From contig CALQEU020000003.1 in the NCBI GenBank assembly GCA_943329665.2, positions 90,283 through 154,282 on the forward strand: a stretch of DNA of 64,000 bases, given 5' to 3'. Made by a program: the position numbers and the translations under genes. Below are positions 28,444-38,711 of the stretch, one piece after another (within the stretch, counting starts at the first letter, position 1; each line of letters begins with the position of its first letter). This DNA is from Bifidobacterium breve (GTDB taxonomy: Bacteria > Bacteroidota > Bacteroidia > AKYH767-A > OLB10). The notes under the pieces are model-generated. The model saw only the letters and a list, made by a program, of their open reading frames with translations. It did no database searches and had not been told where the DNA came from.

Positions 28444-31400
28444 TTAAAGTTTAACAATCTTTTTTGTTACGAATTTATCATCTACAGAAATCTGTAAGAA
28501 GTAAATACCAGGAGCTGCATCTATCAATTCAATTTGACTGCTTGAGTTTGAAGTAGATTCTATATGTACACTTCTTCCTTGTAAATCAAAACAAGAAATT
28601 TGCAATGCTTTTTCTTCACCAGCAACAGCCCATTCGATATTGAATTGGTTAGAAGATGGATTTGGATAAACCATAATATTCTCGAGCAAATTTTCACTCG
28701 TCAATTCAGAACCATGTCGGCAAGGAACTTGAATGCTTAAAGAAGTTGATTCCTTTAAACATCCGAATTTATTGTACAGTCCCAACTTATAATTCCCTTG
28801 TAGTTTAGCAGCGTATGTTGATTGAATAGCATTCGCAATCACACTTCCATTTCGTTTCCAATAATAGGTATAGTCCACGTTAATCGGAGCTTGCAACACC
28901 ACACTATCACCGCTACAAAATGTAGCAGGTCCCAAAGGTGTAATGGTGGCTGCTGATTTTGCTTTCACGGCTAAACTTATGGGTGTAGATAAAGTGCTGC
29001 CACATCCGTTTGTAACCGAAACAGTGTATGAACCATTAACGGTTGCTTTATATATTGAATCAGTAGCGCCCGAAATAATAACATTGTTTTTCTTCCATTG
29101 CCAAGCAGTACTAGCTGCAGAAGGAGACTTTAACGTTAACGTATCACCTGAACAAATAATAGGATACCGACTTGCAGTCACGTTTGAAGAAGGACCAACT
29201 AAAGCGGTGATCACAACAGGTGCACTTAACGTATTACAACCATTGGCTGTGGTTGATATGGTATAAGTACCCGCTGTGGTTACCACTAAAGAAGGCTGTG
29301 TTGCATTAATAACGGCAGCTCCATTTCGATACCACTGATACGTAGCATTCGCAACTGAATTCGCAGAGAGCACTAATGAAGACGGCGAACAAATTACAGT
29401 TGAAACTGGAGGGGTGATGACTGCGGAAGGGCTCTGTGTCAAGCTCAGTGCAACCGTATTCGTTGTAATAGTACTACAAGCGTTTGTTATATTACATTTA
29501 TAATTTCCAGCTAACGTTTCAGCGTAAGAATAATTCGTTGCCCCAACGATGTCAACATTATTTCTTTTCCATTGATAGGTATAATTTGAACCCTGTGCAG
29601 GAGAGCAAGCCACGATGGTTGATGTGCCTGAACAAATTGTCACACTCTGTATAGTAGCCACTCCAACTGGAGCACCCGCATTGACATGAATAGGTGGAGA
29701 CATTTTGGTTCCACAAGCCGGATTATTTACCAAACATTTATAACTACCAGAAATCGTTGCACTATACGTTGATGCAGATCCGGAACTTAGTAAAACATTA
29801 TCGCGGTACCACGCAAACGTTATACCCGCTCCTGTGGGTTGTGCATTTATTTGAACAGCTCCTCCACAATTGGTATTGCCACTGGGTGTACTTAATGTTG
29901 GAATTGTTGTATTCAAAGTAACATTAACAGGAGCGGTAAAATTAATTGTATTAAAACAAAAAACGTCAAGATAACTCATCGAATAAATACCACTTTGCGT
30001 TACGTTATAAAAATAATTTGTTGCTCCTGGAATAAAGACTCCATTAAAATACCAAGCATAAGGACTAGATGATCCCGCGGGAGCATTCAATGTTACATTA
30101 GAACCTACTCCACAACCATTAATGGGTGAAAAATATTCGATTGCACTACCTGAATATTGATTGGGTGGCGCCGTATTGACATTATAAATTGTAGACGTTG
30201 CGGATCCACATGCATTTGTAGCAGTTACTATATAGTCACCTGGAGGATAAGGGGAATTTAAAAAATTACTTGTGCTTGATTGAAGAGTCGTATTATAGGC
30301 TTGCCAATTATATGTAGCTCCAGCAATTGATTGAACACTCAGTGAACCTGCGGGTGGATAACAATTATTGGATCCTCCTGCAAAGCAATCAAAAGTGCTA
30401 CATGAAATTATTGGGGTGGCAATAAGATTTACATCCACAATTTTTGTGGCCGAAGTAACACTTGCACAAGAGCTGGTAAGATTCACAAAATAACTTCCAT
30501 TGGTGGTAGGAGAATAGGAATTTGTAGTTGCGCCTGGAATTGCAACACCATCTTTCATCCATTGATAGCTTGGATAACCTGCATTGGCTGTAAGTGTCAA
30601 TGTTTCACCTGCCGCGGCACAAAGCGTTAGAGGACCAGAAGCTGAAACATTTCCAACAGGAACAGGAGTCACTGTAACATTTACCATAGCCGTGGTTCTC
30701 ATCCCCAAGCTATTCCATAATGTACAATAATAATTTCCTGAAGAGGAAACGACTATTGAATTACTATTTTTATTTAAGTAGGCAAGATTGCTCGAAAGTG
30801 TTCTTCCCCAACTATAACGAGTATATCCAGCAGGCACTGACAATGTAACGCTACCTCCTTCGCAAAATGCCGTTGGGCCGCTCGCAGTAATAACTGGAGC
30901 TGTTGTGGTATAGGCGATACCGCTAGAATCTATTCTAGATAAATATATATCCGAATTATATTCTCTCAAATAACTACTTCCTGTGATTAATAATTTATTT
31001 CCATTGATCGCAGTAATTCGACCGGGCAAAGCAAAATTTGCATAGGAGGATCCACCAGGATATTGAAAAATCTTGTAAAGTGTTTCAGTGCCTGCCGAAT
31101 CATATTTCTTTAATACAATAGGACATCCAAAGTTGCAAGAGTTAATCAATAAAAAATAACTTCCGTTGGCTCCTGGTGCTACATCTGCTCCTCCATCTGA
31201 TAAAAGCGAAGTCCATTTGGAATATATAGTATTACCAGAGAGATCTAATCTAAGATGAAAAGTACTCGAATAATTTCCAATTCCATCCCAACCAATTCCA
31301 ATAATCAATAACTTTTGATCACTTAATTCTACTATGCCTTTTGCGGTAACTACAGTCGAACTCGATCCATTTAAATAATAATTAAATTTTCGTGTCCAGA

Positions 31401-32082
31401 GGGTATCTCCCGAAAGATTAACTTTCGCCGCAAAAACATTGAAGTTCGAAAAGCTACCTGTTCTACCTGCAATCACAATATTATTATCACTGGTTAGTGT
31501 TAAGGAATTTGCTTCTTCATCAGCAGCGAATCCAATTGTTTTATTTTGAATAATAGTTCCATCTGCATCTGTTTTTAAAAACCACATATCCTTAGCACCT
31601 GCTCCTGCACTTGCAGTATTTCCAACCAAGTAAAAATTTCCAGCTTTATTGGTAATGTCTCTAAACTCATCGGCACCTGTCCCACCAAAATTCTTCGACC
31701 AAATCAAATTTCCATTCGATCCCAACTTTACTAAAAATCCTTCTCTATTCGTTCCAATTGTAGTGTAACCTGCACAATAAATTTCATCGTTAGCACCAAT
31801 TGTCACGGCATTACCGCCATCATCACCTGTACCACCAAAATATTTTATCCATAGTAAAGTTCCTGATGAACTCGTTTTCATAACCATCATATCATTGCCT
31901 CCAGCACCATAGGAATTGGACAACCCCACGGTGATGATGGATCCATCGGATAACTCGGCAACATCATTTCCCGCATCAGAACCTGGGAAATCATAACTGT
32001 ATTCAAATTTTTGTGCCGATAAATCAATTGGCAAGAAGAGGAAAAGACAGGCTAGAATCGAATAAAAATTTCTCATAAGCAA
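28444..32082 (-). CDS. T9SS type A cargo: beta-propeller N-terminus plus Ig-like repeats
   Basis: Repeats such as G.LLWIKYFGGTGDD, YQWKRN/YQWYRNG Ig-like repeats, CTD VYPNPSS..GIYFL..KKIVK. Confidence 0.85.
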   Translation of the reverse strand: MLMRNFYSILACLFLFLPIDLSAQKFEYSYDFPGSDAGNDVAELSDGSIITVGLSNSYGAGGNDMMVMKTSSSGTLLWIKYFGGTGDDGGNAVTIGANDEIYCAGYTTIGTNREGFLVKLGSNGNLIWSKNFGGTGADEFRDITNKAGNFYLVGNTASAGAGAKDMWFLKTDADGTIIQNKTIGFAADEEANSLTLTSDNNIVIAGRTGSFSNFNVFAAKVNLSGDTLWTRKFNYYLNGSSSTVVTAKGIVELSDQKLLIIGIGWDGIGNYSSTFHLRLDLSGNTIYSKWTSLLSDGGADVAPGANGSYFLLINSCNFGCPIVLKKYDSAGTETLYKIFQYPGGSSYANFALPGRITAINGNKLLITGSSYLREYNSDIYLSRIDSSGIAYTTTAPVITASGPTAFCEGGSVTLSVPAGYTRYSWGRTLSSNLAYLNKNSNSIVVSSSGNYYCTLWNSLGMRTTAMVNVTVTPVPVGNVSASGPLTLCAAAGETLTLTANAGYPSYQWMKDGVAIPGATTNSYSPTTNGSYFVNLTSSCASVTSATKIVDVNLIATPIISCSTFDCFAGGSNNCYPPAGSLSVQSIAGATYNWQAYNTTLQSSTSNFLNSPYPPGDYIVTATNACGSATSTIYNVNTAPPNQYSGSAIEYFSPINGCGVGSNVTLNAPAGSSSPYAWYFNGVFIPGATNYFYNVTQSGIYSMSYLDVFCFNTINFTAPVNVTLNTTIPTLSTPSGNTNCGGAVQINAQPTGAGITFAWYRDNVLLSSGSASTYSATISGSYKCLVNNPACGTKMSPPIHVNAGAPVGVATIQSVTICSGTSTIVACSPAQGSNYTYQWKRNNVDIVGATNYSYAETLAGNYKCNITNACSTITTNTVALSLTQSPSAVITPPVSTVICSPSSLVLSANSVANATYQWYRNGAAVINATQPSLVVTTAGTYTISTTANGCNTLSAPVVITALVGPSSNVTASRYPIICSGDTLTLKSPSAASTAWQWKKNNVIISGATDSIYKATVNGSYTVSVTNGCGSTLSTPISLAVKAKSAATITPLGPATFCSGDSVVLQAPINVDYTYYWKRNGSVIANAIQSTYAAKLQGNYKLGLYNKFGCLKESTSLSIQVPCRHGSELTSENLLENIMVYPNPSSNQFNIEWAVAGEEKALQISCFDLQGRSVHIESTSNSSSQIELIDAAPGIYFLQISVDDKFVTKKIVKL

Positions 32083-32262
32083 TAAAGGTTGACGGGTTGG
32101 CTAGTCAAATGTAGGAGTCTGACTCTATTCTTGCAACGGAAATCCGTGAAATTCCATTAAAAAACCTTGCAGAAGGGCAAGGAACTACTACAGAGAGGTG
32201 AAAGATTTATCTTACCCCAAAAAATACCTACTAACATCTTTCATGGTAACTGTTAATTTCTT

Positions 32263-32270
32263 TACCTTTG
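32263..32270 (+). promoter_or_regulatory. Bacteroidota -7 promoter box (TACCTTTG) of the yceD-rpmF-plsX-fabH operon
   Basis: TAnnTTTG followed by CA, 45 bp before the ATG. Confidence 0.7.
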
Positions 32271-32314
32271 CAACCCTTACATTTAATCGTAAAGGAAAAT
32301 AATAACGTTCTGAA

Positions 32315-32863
32315 ATGACTGATTCTGTATACATTATCCGGTTTAATCATCTGGCTGAAGGAATACATGAGTATGATTTTAGCATCGATGATTCATTCTT
32401 CTCACATCGTGAAGAATCAATTATTACCAAGGCTAAAGTGGAAGTAAAGGTACTTCTTCGTAAAGATTCTGGTGGCATACATCTGAATTTGAGCATGATA
32501 GGTGATGTGGCGGTAGATTGTGTGAGATGTCTTGAAGGCTTTCGAATGCCCATCAACATTGAAAAATCATTGCTGGTGAAGATGGTAGATGAGGTAAATG
32601 AGGAGTATGATGATGAAGATGAAATCTACATCACCAAGAAAGCGATAGAAATTGACCTTGCCCATAGCCTTTACGATTTCCTCACCTTGGAAATCCCCTA
32701 TTGCCCCGTTCATCCAGAAGATGAAAACGGCGTTGAAACTTGTGATCCTGAGGTCTTAAAATACATCAAGAAGCAAGAGATAAAAACGGAGGAGAAGGAC
32801 GATGAAAACAAAGGTGATGCTCGTTGGTCGGAGCTAAAGAAGATCAAAAAAACTGATTATTAA
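32315..32863 (+). CDS. yceD: DUF177/YceD family protein
   Basis: CVRCL motif and position directly upstream of rpmF. Confidence 0.88.
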   Translation: MTDSVYIIRFNHLAEGIHEYDFSIDDSFFSHREESIITKAKVEVKVLLRKDSGGIHLNLSMIGDVAVDCVRCLEGFRMPINIEKSLLVKMVDEVNEEYDDEDEIYITKKAIEIDLAHSLYDFLTLEIPYCPVHPEDENGVETCDPEVLKYIKKQEIKTEEKDDENKGDARWSELKKIKKTDY

Positions 32864-32885
32864 CTAATTACAAATACAATAAATT

Positions 32886-33071
32886 ATGCCAAATCCTAAA
32901 GCCAAACACTCAAAATCGAGAAGGGACAAGCGCCGTACACATTACAAAGCAGTTGCTCCAACATTAGCTATTGATGCAGCTACTGGAGAAGCTCATTTAT
33001 GGCACCGCGCATTCTGGCACGAAGACAAATTAATGTACAAAGGAAAAATGATTATGGAGCGTGGCGCTTAA
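32886..33071 (+). CDS. rpmF: 50S ribosomal protein L32 (Cys-free form)
   Basis: [19 protein letters not shown]. Confidence 0.96.
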   Translation: MPNPKAKHSKSRRDKRRTHYKAVAPTLAIDAATGEAHLWHRAFWHEDKLMYKGKMIMERGA

Positions 33072-33127
33072 TTGCCATTTCTTTATTTTCATCCTCTCTT
33101 TACATTAACCCTTCAGCTTGAAATGCA

Positions 33128-34084
33128 TTGATAAAAATTGGGATTGATATTATGGGTGGCGATTACGCTCCAAAACAACCTGTTTTGGGCGCAATTCAAG
33201 CTTTGCCCGAGTTGCCCGCCAACACCCGCCTCGTGCTCTTTGGGGATGAAAAAATCATTCGTGATTTATTCACTTCCGAAGGTGCCGATGTGAATTTGGT
33301 GGATATTGTACATACCACAGAGGTAATCGGCATGGATGAATCAGCAACTCGCGCCATTCCTGGAAAACCCGATTCAAGTATTTCACGCGGATTCGAATAT
33401 CTCAAAAAAGGAGAGATTCATGGATTTGCTTCAGCTGGAAACAGCGGAGCCATGATGGTCGGATCGATGTTTAGTGTGAAAACTATTCCTGGTATTTTAC
33501 GTCCTGCTATTTGCTCCATTATTCCTAAGGAAGATGGAAGTACAGGTGTTTTTTTAGATGCTGGTGCGAATGCCGATTGCAAGCCTGAACATTTGCAACA
33601 GTTCGCTATTCTTGGCAGCTTGTTTTTAGAGCATGTGCACGGAGTAAAAAATCCGAAAGTAGGATTGATGAACATCGGTGAAGAAGAAGAAAAAGGAAAT
33701 ATGCTTTGCAAGGAAACACATCCTCTTTTAAAGCAAACGAAAGAAATAAATTTTATTGGCAACATCGAAGGTCGTGATCTTTTTAATGACAAGGCCGATG
33801 TGATTGTATGCGATGGATTCGTCGGAAATGTTATTCTCAAGCTAGCCGAATCTTTTTACAATTTAATCAGAAGAAGAAAGATCAAGGATGAATATTTTGA
33901 TCGTTTTAATTTTGAAAATTATGGCGGCACACCTGTTTTAGGAGTAAATGCATCCGTCATCATTGCGCATGGCATCTCCAATGCTACCGCGATCAAAAAC
34001 ATGATTCATATTACGCTCAAAGTGACCACTGCCGGATTAACCGAAAAGATTACTCAAGCGGTTCATGAAAGCATTACTCAATAA
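33128..34084 (+). CDS. plsX: Phosphate acyltransferase PlsX
   Basis: IDIMGGDYAP, SAGNSGA, DAGANAD and CDGFVGN. Confidence 0.96.
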   Translation: MIKIGIDIMGGDYAPKQPVLGAIQALPELPANTRLVLFGDEKIIRDLFTSEGADVNLVDIVHTTEVIGMDESATRAIPGKPDSSISRGFEYLKKGEIHGFASAGNSGAMMVGSMFSVKTIPGILRPAICSIIPKEDGSTGVFLDAGANADCKPEHLQQFAILGSLFLEHVHGVKNPKVGLMNIGEEEEKGNMLCKETHPLLKQTKEINFIGNIEGRDLFNDKADVIVCDGFVGNVILKLAESFYNLIRRRKIKDEYFDRFNFENYGGTPVLGVNASVIIAHGISNATAIKNMIHITLKVTTAGLTEKITQAVHESITQ

Positions 34085-34087
34085 CAA

Positions 34088-35077
34088 ATGACAAAAATTA
34101 CTGCTGCAATTACCGCTGTGAACGCATGGGTGCCACCCGACGTTCTTTCTAATAAGGATCTTGTGACGATGGTTGACACCACCGAAGAGTGGATCCTGTC
34201 ACGTACAGGAATTAATGAAAGACATATTTTAAAAGGGGAAGGTCTTGGCTCTTCGGATATGGCAGTGCAGGCAATTTTACCTTTGCTTAAAAAGCGGGGA
34301 GTCGGTGCCGATGAAATCGAACTCATCATTTGTGCCACCACGACTCCTGACATGCAATTTCCGGCGACAGCTAATATTATTGCTGATAAAATCGGAGCTG
34401 TGAATGCTTGGGGTTACGATGTTAATGCCGCTTGCTCCGGGTTTATTTTCGCCTTATCAACCGCCACCAAATTCATCGAAACAGGCACGCACAAGAAAGT
34501 GCTGGTGGTTGGTGTAGATAAAATGTCGAGTATTATTGACTACACCGATCGTGCAACTTGCGTTATTTTTGGAGATGGCGGGGGTGCGGTACTGTTAGAG
34601 CCCAACACTGAAAATCATGGCATCATGGATGCGATTTTACGAGTGGATGGGTCAGGACGCGCTTTTCTGCACCAAAAGGCTGGTGGTAGCGTTAAGCCGG
34701 CAACGTTAGATACTGTTGCTGCCAAAGAACACTTCGTTTATCAGGAAGGACAAACCGTTTTCAAATTTGCAGTTACCAAGATGGCAGATGTAAGTGCAGA
34801 GATTATGGAAAAAAATAATCTGAAAGGCGAAGACATCGCATGGCTTATTCCACATCAAGCCAACAAACGCATCATCGATGCTACAGCAAGACGCATGGGT
34901 TTACCTGATGATAAAGTAACGTTGAACATCGAACGTTACGGAAACACAACCAATGGCACCATTCCACTTTGTTTATGGGAGTGGGAAAAGAAATTTAAAA
35001 AAGGCGACAACATTATCATCGCCGCATTCGGAGGTGGATTCACCTGGGGAGCCATTTGGGTGAAGTGGGCTTATTAG
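34088..35077 (+). CDS. fabH: 3-oxoacyl-ACP synthase III
   Basis: AACSGF, PHQANKRI, YGNT and FGGGFTWG. Confidence 0.97.
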   Translation: MTKITAAITAVNAWVPPDVLSNKDLVTMVDTTEEWILSRTGINERHILKGEGLGSSDMAVQAILPLLKKRGVGADEIELIICATTTPDMQFPATANIIADKIGAVNAWGYDVNAACSGFIFALSTATKFIETGTHKKVLVVGVDKMSSIIDYTDRATCVIFGDGGGAVLLEPNTENHGIMDAILRVDGSGRAFLHQKAGGSVKPATLDTVAAKEHFVYQEGQTVFKFAVTKMADVSAEIMEKNNLKGEDIAWLIPHQANKRIIDATARRMGLPDDKVTLNIERYGNTTNGTIPLCLWEWEKKFKKGDNIIIAAFGGGFTWGAIWVKWAY

Positions 35078-35228
35078 TGGTTAGTTGTTAGATTGATTTT
35101 AGGTGCGAAGTGATTTTACTTCGGATTGGGAGAGCTTCTGGCTGCTAGCTGCTAGATTTTTTTGTAGCGAAAAAATTTCGAATTTCGTGTTCATTCGCAT
35201 TTCGCGTCCTAGTAAGTTTATAACAAAG

Positions 35229-35408
35229 CTAAAATTTTAATGCCTTAGATTGCACTTTATCTTTTTCAGTAGTTAAAGCAACTATATACACCCCACTCGC
35301 AATTTCATTCATCGCAATTTCAGTTGTAAAATACCCTCCCGATATTACCACCGCTTTCCTCTCCACCACCACTCTCCCCTCCACATCAAACAACCGCAAC
35401 ACAACAAT
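35229..35408 (-). pseudogene. Orphan T9SS type A C-terminal domain fragment
   Basis: Manual translation IVVLRLFDVEGRVVVERK...IASGVYIVALTTEKDKVQSKALKF*; the upstream gene body is missing. Confidence 0.7.
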
Positions 35409-35768
35409 AAAAATATTTCTCTGTTGGAATCGGCGGATGGTGATATGCTTTTATCTCCATCGTATGATTTGATGAACACCAAACATCACAACAACGATTC
35501 GCAACTTGCCATGAATTTGTTTAAGAAGATGGAAAGAACACAGCAACATTTATTATCGCAATTCTACAATTATAAAATTTCTGATTTTATTGAATTCGGA
35601 AAACGGTTGAGGATTTTCGAACAGTTATTACTTTCTATTGCCTCTGATTTTAAAGATCGAAAACTTGATCTGTTTTCCTTTATCGACAAATCCTTTCTTT
35701 CGGATGAAGGGAAAGGAAAGTATAAAGAAGCGGTTGAGGTTAACTTTGATCAACTCTTTGCTAAATAA
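35409..35768 (+). pseudogene. HipA-like kinase toxin C-terminal fragment
   Basis: KNISLL...LSPSYDLMNT matches the HipA KNFSL/LSPAYD motifs; the N-terminal part is absent. Confidence 0.75.
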
Positions 35769-35898
35769 TTCGATAGGTTTTTCCATCAAAACGGCCTAAA
35801 ATCACTCATTTTTGATTAAAACCCACTAAAAATGAGCTAAAAATTGCTTAGAATGTCCTTTTTTAGACTATTTTTAGCGGTTCAAATAATCTATCCTT

Positions 35899-36372
35899 AT
35901 GAATAAAAAGGAAATCGAAGAGCTCATTAAGTTTGTAGCTAAAGCGGGTGTAAGTGAAGTTAATCTTGAATTGAAAGACTTCAAAATAACCATCAAAAAC
36001 AGTAGTCCGAAAGTAGAGCAAGTTTATCATGCGGCTCCAGCTCCTATGCCGGTGGCACAAATGGCGGCTCCTACTCCGGCGGCGGCTACACCAGTTGCTC
36101 CTGCCCCAGCTCCAGTGGCTGATGACTCCAAATACATCACGATCAAGAGTCCGATGATTGGAACCTTCTATCGCGCTTCTGGTCCTGATAAACCAATCCT
36201 AGCTAATGTAGGTGACGAAATCAAACCTGGGAATGTGCTTTGCATCATTGAAGCCATGAAATTGTTCAATGAGATTGAATCGGAAGTTTCTGGACGCATC
36301 GTAAAAGTGTTGGTGGATAATCTCAAGCCAGTAGAATACGATACACCGTTATTCCTCGTAGATCCATCTTAA
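35899..36372 (+). CDS. accB: Acetyl-CoA carboxylase biotin carboxyl carrier protein
   Basis: KSPMIGTFY, biotinylation motif EAMKLFNEI and an Ala/Pro linker. Confidence 0.97.
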   Translation: MNKKEIEELIKFVAKAGVSEVNLELKDFKITIKNSSPKVEQVYHAAPAPMPVAQMAAPTPAAATPVAPAPAPVADDSKYITIKSPMIGTFYRASGPDKPILANVGDEIKPGNVLCIIEAMKLFNEIESEVSGRIVKVLVDNLKPVEYDTPLFLVDPS

Positions 36373-36477
36373 AAAAATCAGTGCTCGTTTTTTTATCATT
36401 CCATTTCTTTTCTACTAAATTCTTGGAATTTTATTTTAACGTGTAGTGATCACTCAAAGATTAAAATAAATATTATT

Positions 36478-36507
36478 AAAGGGCATTTTCTAAAAGAAAT
36501 GCCTTTT
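36478..36507 (+). terminator. Stem-loop with short T-tract between accB and accC
   Basis: AAAGGGCATTT...AAATGCCTTTT just upstream of accC. Confidence 0.45.
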
Positions 36508-36523
36508 CTACAAAGTCAATCTT

Positions 36524-37861
36524 ATGTTTAATAAAATTCTCATAGCCAATCGCGGCGAAATCGCACTTCGAATCATCCGTACTTGCAAAGAAATGGGTAT
36601 TCGTACGGTGGCGGTTTATTCGACTGCCGATAAAGAAAGTTTGCATGTACGTTTTGCGGATGAAGCCGTTTGCATTGGACCTCCTCCTAGTCGTGATTCG
36701 TATTTAAATATGCAACGCATCTTGGCTGCTGCAGAAATTACAAATGCAGATGCGATACATCCTGGCTATGGTTTCTTGAGTGAGAACTCAAAATTTTCTG
36801 CGATCTGTGCCAAGCACGGAATTAAATTTATTGGTGCTACACCAGAGCAAATTGATGCCATGGGCGACAAAGCCAATGCGAAGATGACGATGAAGAAAGC
36901 AGGCGTTCCGACGATTCCAGGTTCAGATGGATTGTTGGAAAATGTAGAGCATGCAAAAATAGTTGCCAATGAAATGAAGTACCCTGTTATCATCAAAGCA
37001 ACTGCTGGTGGTGGTGGAAAAGGGATGCGCATTGTGTGGAAGGAAGATGAGATCATGAAAGCATTTGAGAATGCACAAACGGAAGCAGGTGCTGCTTTTG
37101 GTAACGATGGTTTGTACATGGAGAAATACATTGAGGAACCACGTCACATTGAAATTCAAATTGCAGGTGATCAGTATGGAAAAGCATGTCACTTGAGTGA
37201 GCGTGATTGTTCGATTCAACGTCGCCACCAAAAATTATTAGAGGAAACTCCGAGTCCGTTTATGACGGAGAAATTGCGTGAAGCGATGGGTGATGCTGCT
37301 ATCAAAGCAACCTTAGCGAGCAATTACGAAGGCGTTGGCACCATTGAATTTTTAGTAGATAAGCACAGTGATTTTTATTTCATGGAGATGAATACTCGTA
37401 TTCAAGTGGAACATACTATTACGGAAGAAGTAATCAACTACGATTTAATTAAAGAGCAAATTAAGATTGCAGCGGGAGTTCCCATCAGCGGAAAAAATCA
37501 TATTCCTACGATGCATGCTATTGAATGTAGAATTAATGCAGAAGATCCGTACAATGATTTTCGTCCTTGCCCTGGAAAGATTACCGTATTGCATCAACCG
37601 GGAGGACACGGTGTACGTGTTGACTCACATATTTACGCTGGTTATACTATTCCGCCGTACTACGATTCCATGATTGCGAAGTTGATCACCATTGCGCAAA
37701 CACGTGAAGAAGCGATTCAAACGATGGAGCGTGCACTGAGTGAGTTTGTTATTGAAGGAATTAAAACCACAATTCCTTTCCATCAACAATTAATGTTGAA
37801 CGAAGATTTTAGAAAAGGAAATTACACCACTAAGTTTTTAGAAAACTTTGTGTTGAAATAA
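36524..37861 (+). CDS. accC: Acetyl-CoA carboxylase biotin carboxylase
   Basis: [28 protein letters not shown] and [10 protein letters not shown]. Confidence 0.97.
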   Translation: MFNKILIANRGEIALRIIRTCKEMGIRTVAVYSTADKESLHVRFADEAVCIGPPPSRDSYLNMQRILAAAEITNADAIHPGYGFLSENSKFSAICAKHGIKFIGATPEQIDAMGDKANAKMTMKKAGVPTIPGSDGLLENVEHAKIVANEMKYPVIIKATAGGGGKGMRIVWKEDEIMKAFENAQTEAGAAFGNDGLYMEKYIEEPRHIEIQIAGDQYGKACHLSERDCSIQRRHQKLLEETPSPFMTEKLREAMGDAAIKATLASNYEGVGTIEFLVDKHSDFYFMEMNTRIQVEHTITEEVINYDLIKEQIKIAAGVPISGKNHIPTMHAIECRINAEDPYNDFRPCPGKITVLHQPGGHGVRVDSHIYAGYTIPPYYDSMIAKLITIAQTREEAIQTMERALSEFVIEGIKTTIPFHQQLMLNEDFRKGNYTTKFLENFVLK

Positions 37862-37940
37862 ATTCAATTGATTTCACACCCGAACCTTTTTATTCGTGAT
37901 GTGTTTTTCTTGAGATGGATTCATTTAAAAAATAATGTAG

Positions 37941-38450
37941 ATGTCTGCACCTAAAGTTTCATTTGCCTCTCGCATTGGTAAATTAGACTATTTGATGGGC
38001 GTGCATTACGTGGAAGTCCCTGCCAGCGTTGTAAAAAAATTAGGCGGACTCAATAAGCAACGATTGTTGTGCAGCATCAACAAACATCCAAAATTTCAAT
38101 GTGGGATGATGGCATTGGGTGAAGGGAGAGGATACATCACGGTAAGCAAAAAGAAACTCAACCAATTTTCAATTGCGCTCGGTGATGTTATAAAAGTAAT
38201 CCTCGAACCCGACAACAGTGAATTCGGAATGGAAGTTCCAGAAGAGCTCATTGAAATTTTTGCGCAAGATCCAGAAGCTGAAAAACGATTTATGAGTATT
38301 AGTCCGGGAAAGCAACGAAATATAATTTACTATGTTTCGGGAGTGAAAAATTCTGATTTAAGAATTGAGCGAGCGTTGAAACTCATTAACAATCTAAAAG
38401 CATGTCCGGAAGGAAAGGAAACGGCGAGAAGAATATTTGTAGGTAGTTAG
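37941..38450 (+). CDS. DUF1905 / YdeI-OmpD-associated family protein
   Basis: VPEELIE..DPEAEKRF..ISPGKQR....V..VK....RIERA. Confidence 0.8.
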   Translation: MSAPKVSFASRIGKLDYLMGVHYVEVPASVVKKLGGLNKQRLLCSINKHPKFQCGMMALGEGRGYITVSKKKLNQFSIALGDVIKVILEPDNSEFGMEVPEELIEIFAQDPEAEKRFMSISPGKQRNIIYYVSGVKNSDLRIERALKLINNLKACPEGKETARRIFVGS

Positions 38451-38667
38451 ATTTTAGATATTAGATATTGGATTTTTGCAGATCCCTGAATAAGTTTAAC
38501 CAGTTTTATATTAATTCATAGTCACCTATAACTTCATAATTTGAACGCGGATGACGCCGATTAAAACGATAAATTTGGATTTATTCATACTTAGATAAGG
38601 CAAATAATTTCCTTGAAATATAGAATTTCAAAGAAATTATTTTCAAGCCAGTTCTTGTCGGATTATC

Positions 38668-38711
38668 ATTCTGAATTCTGATCCCGATAGCTATCGGGAC
38701 TGCATTCTGAA
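38668..38711. repeat. 18-bp perfect palindrome TCCCGATAGCTATCGGGA (38682-38699) embedded in ATTCTGA heptamer repeats
   Basis: Read directly; REP-like palindrome at the 3' end of a convergent gene. Confidence 0.75.
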
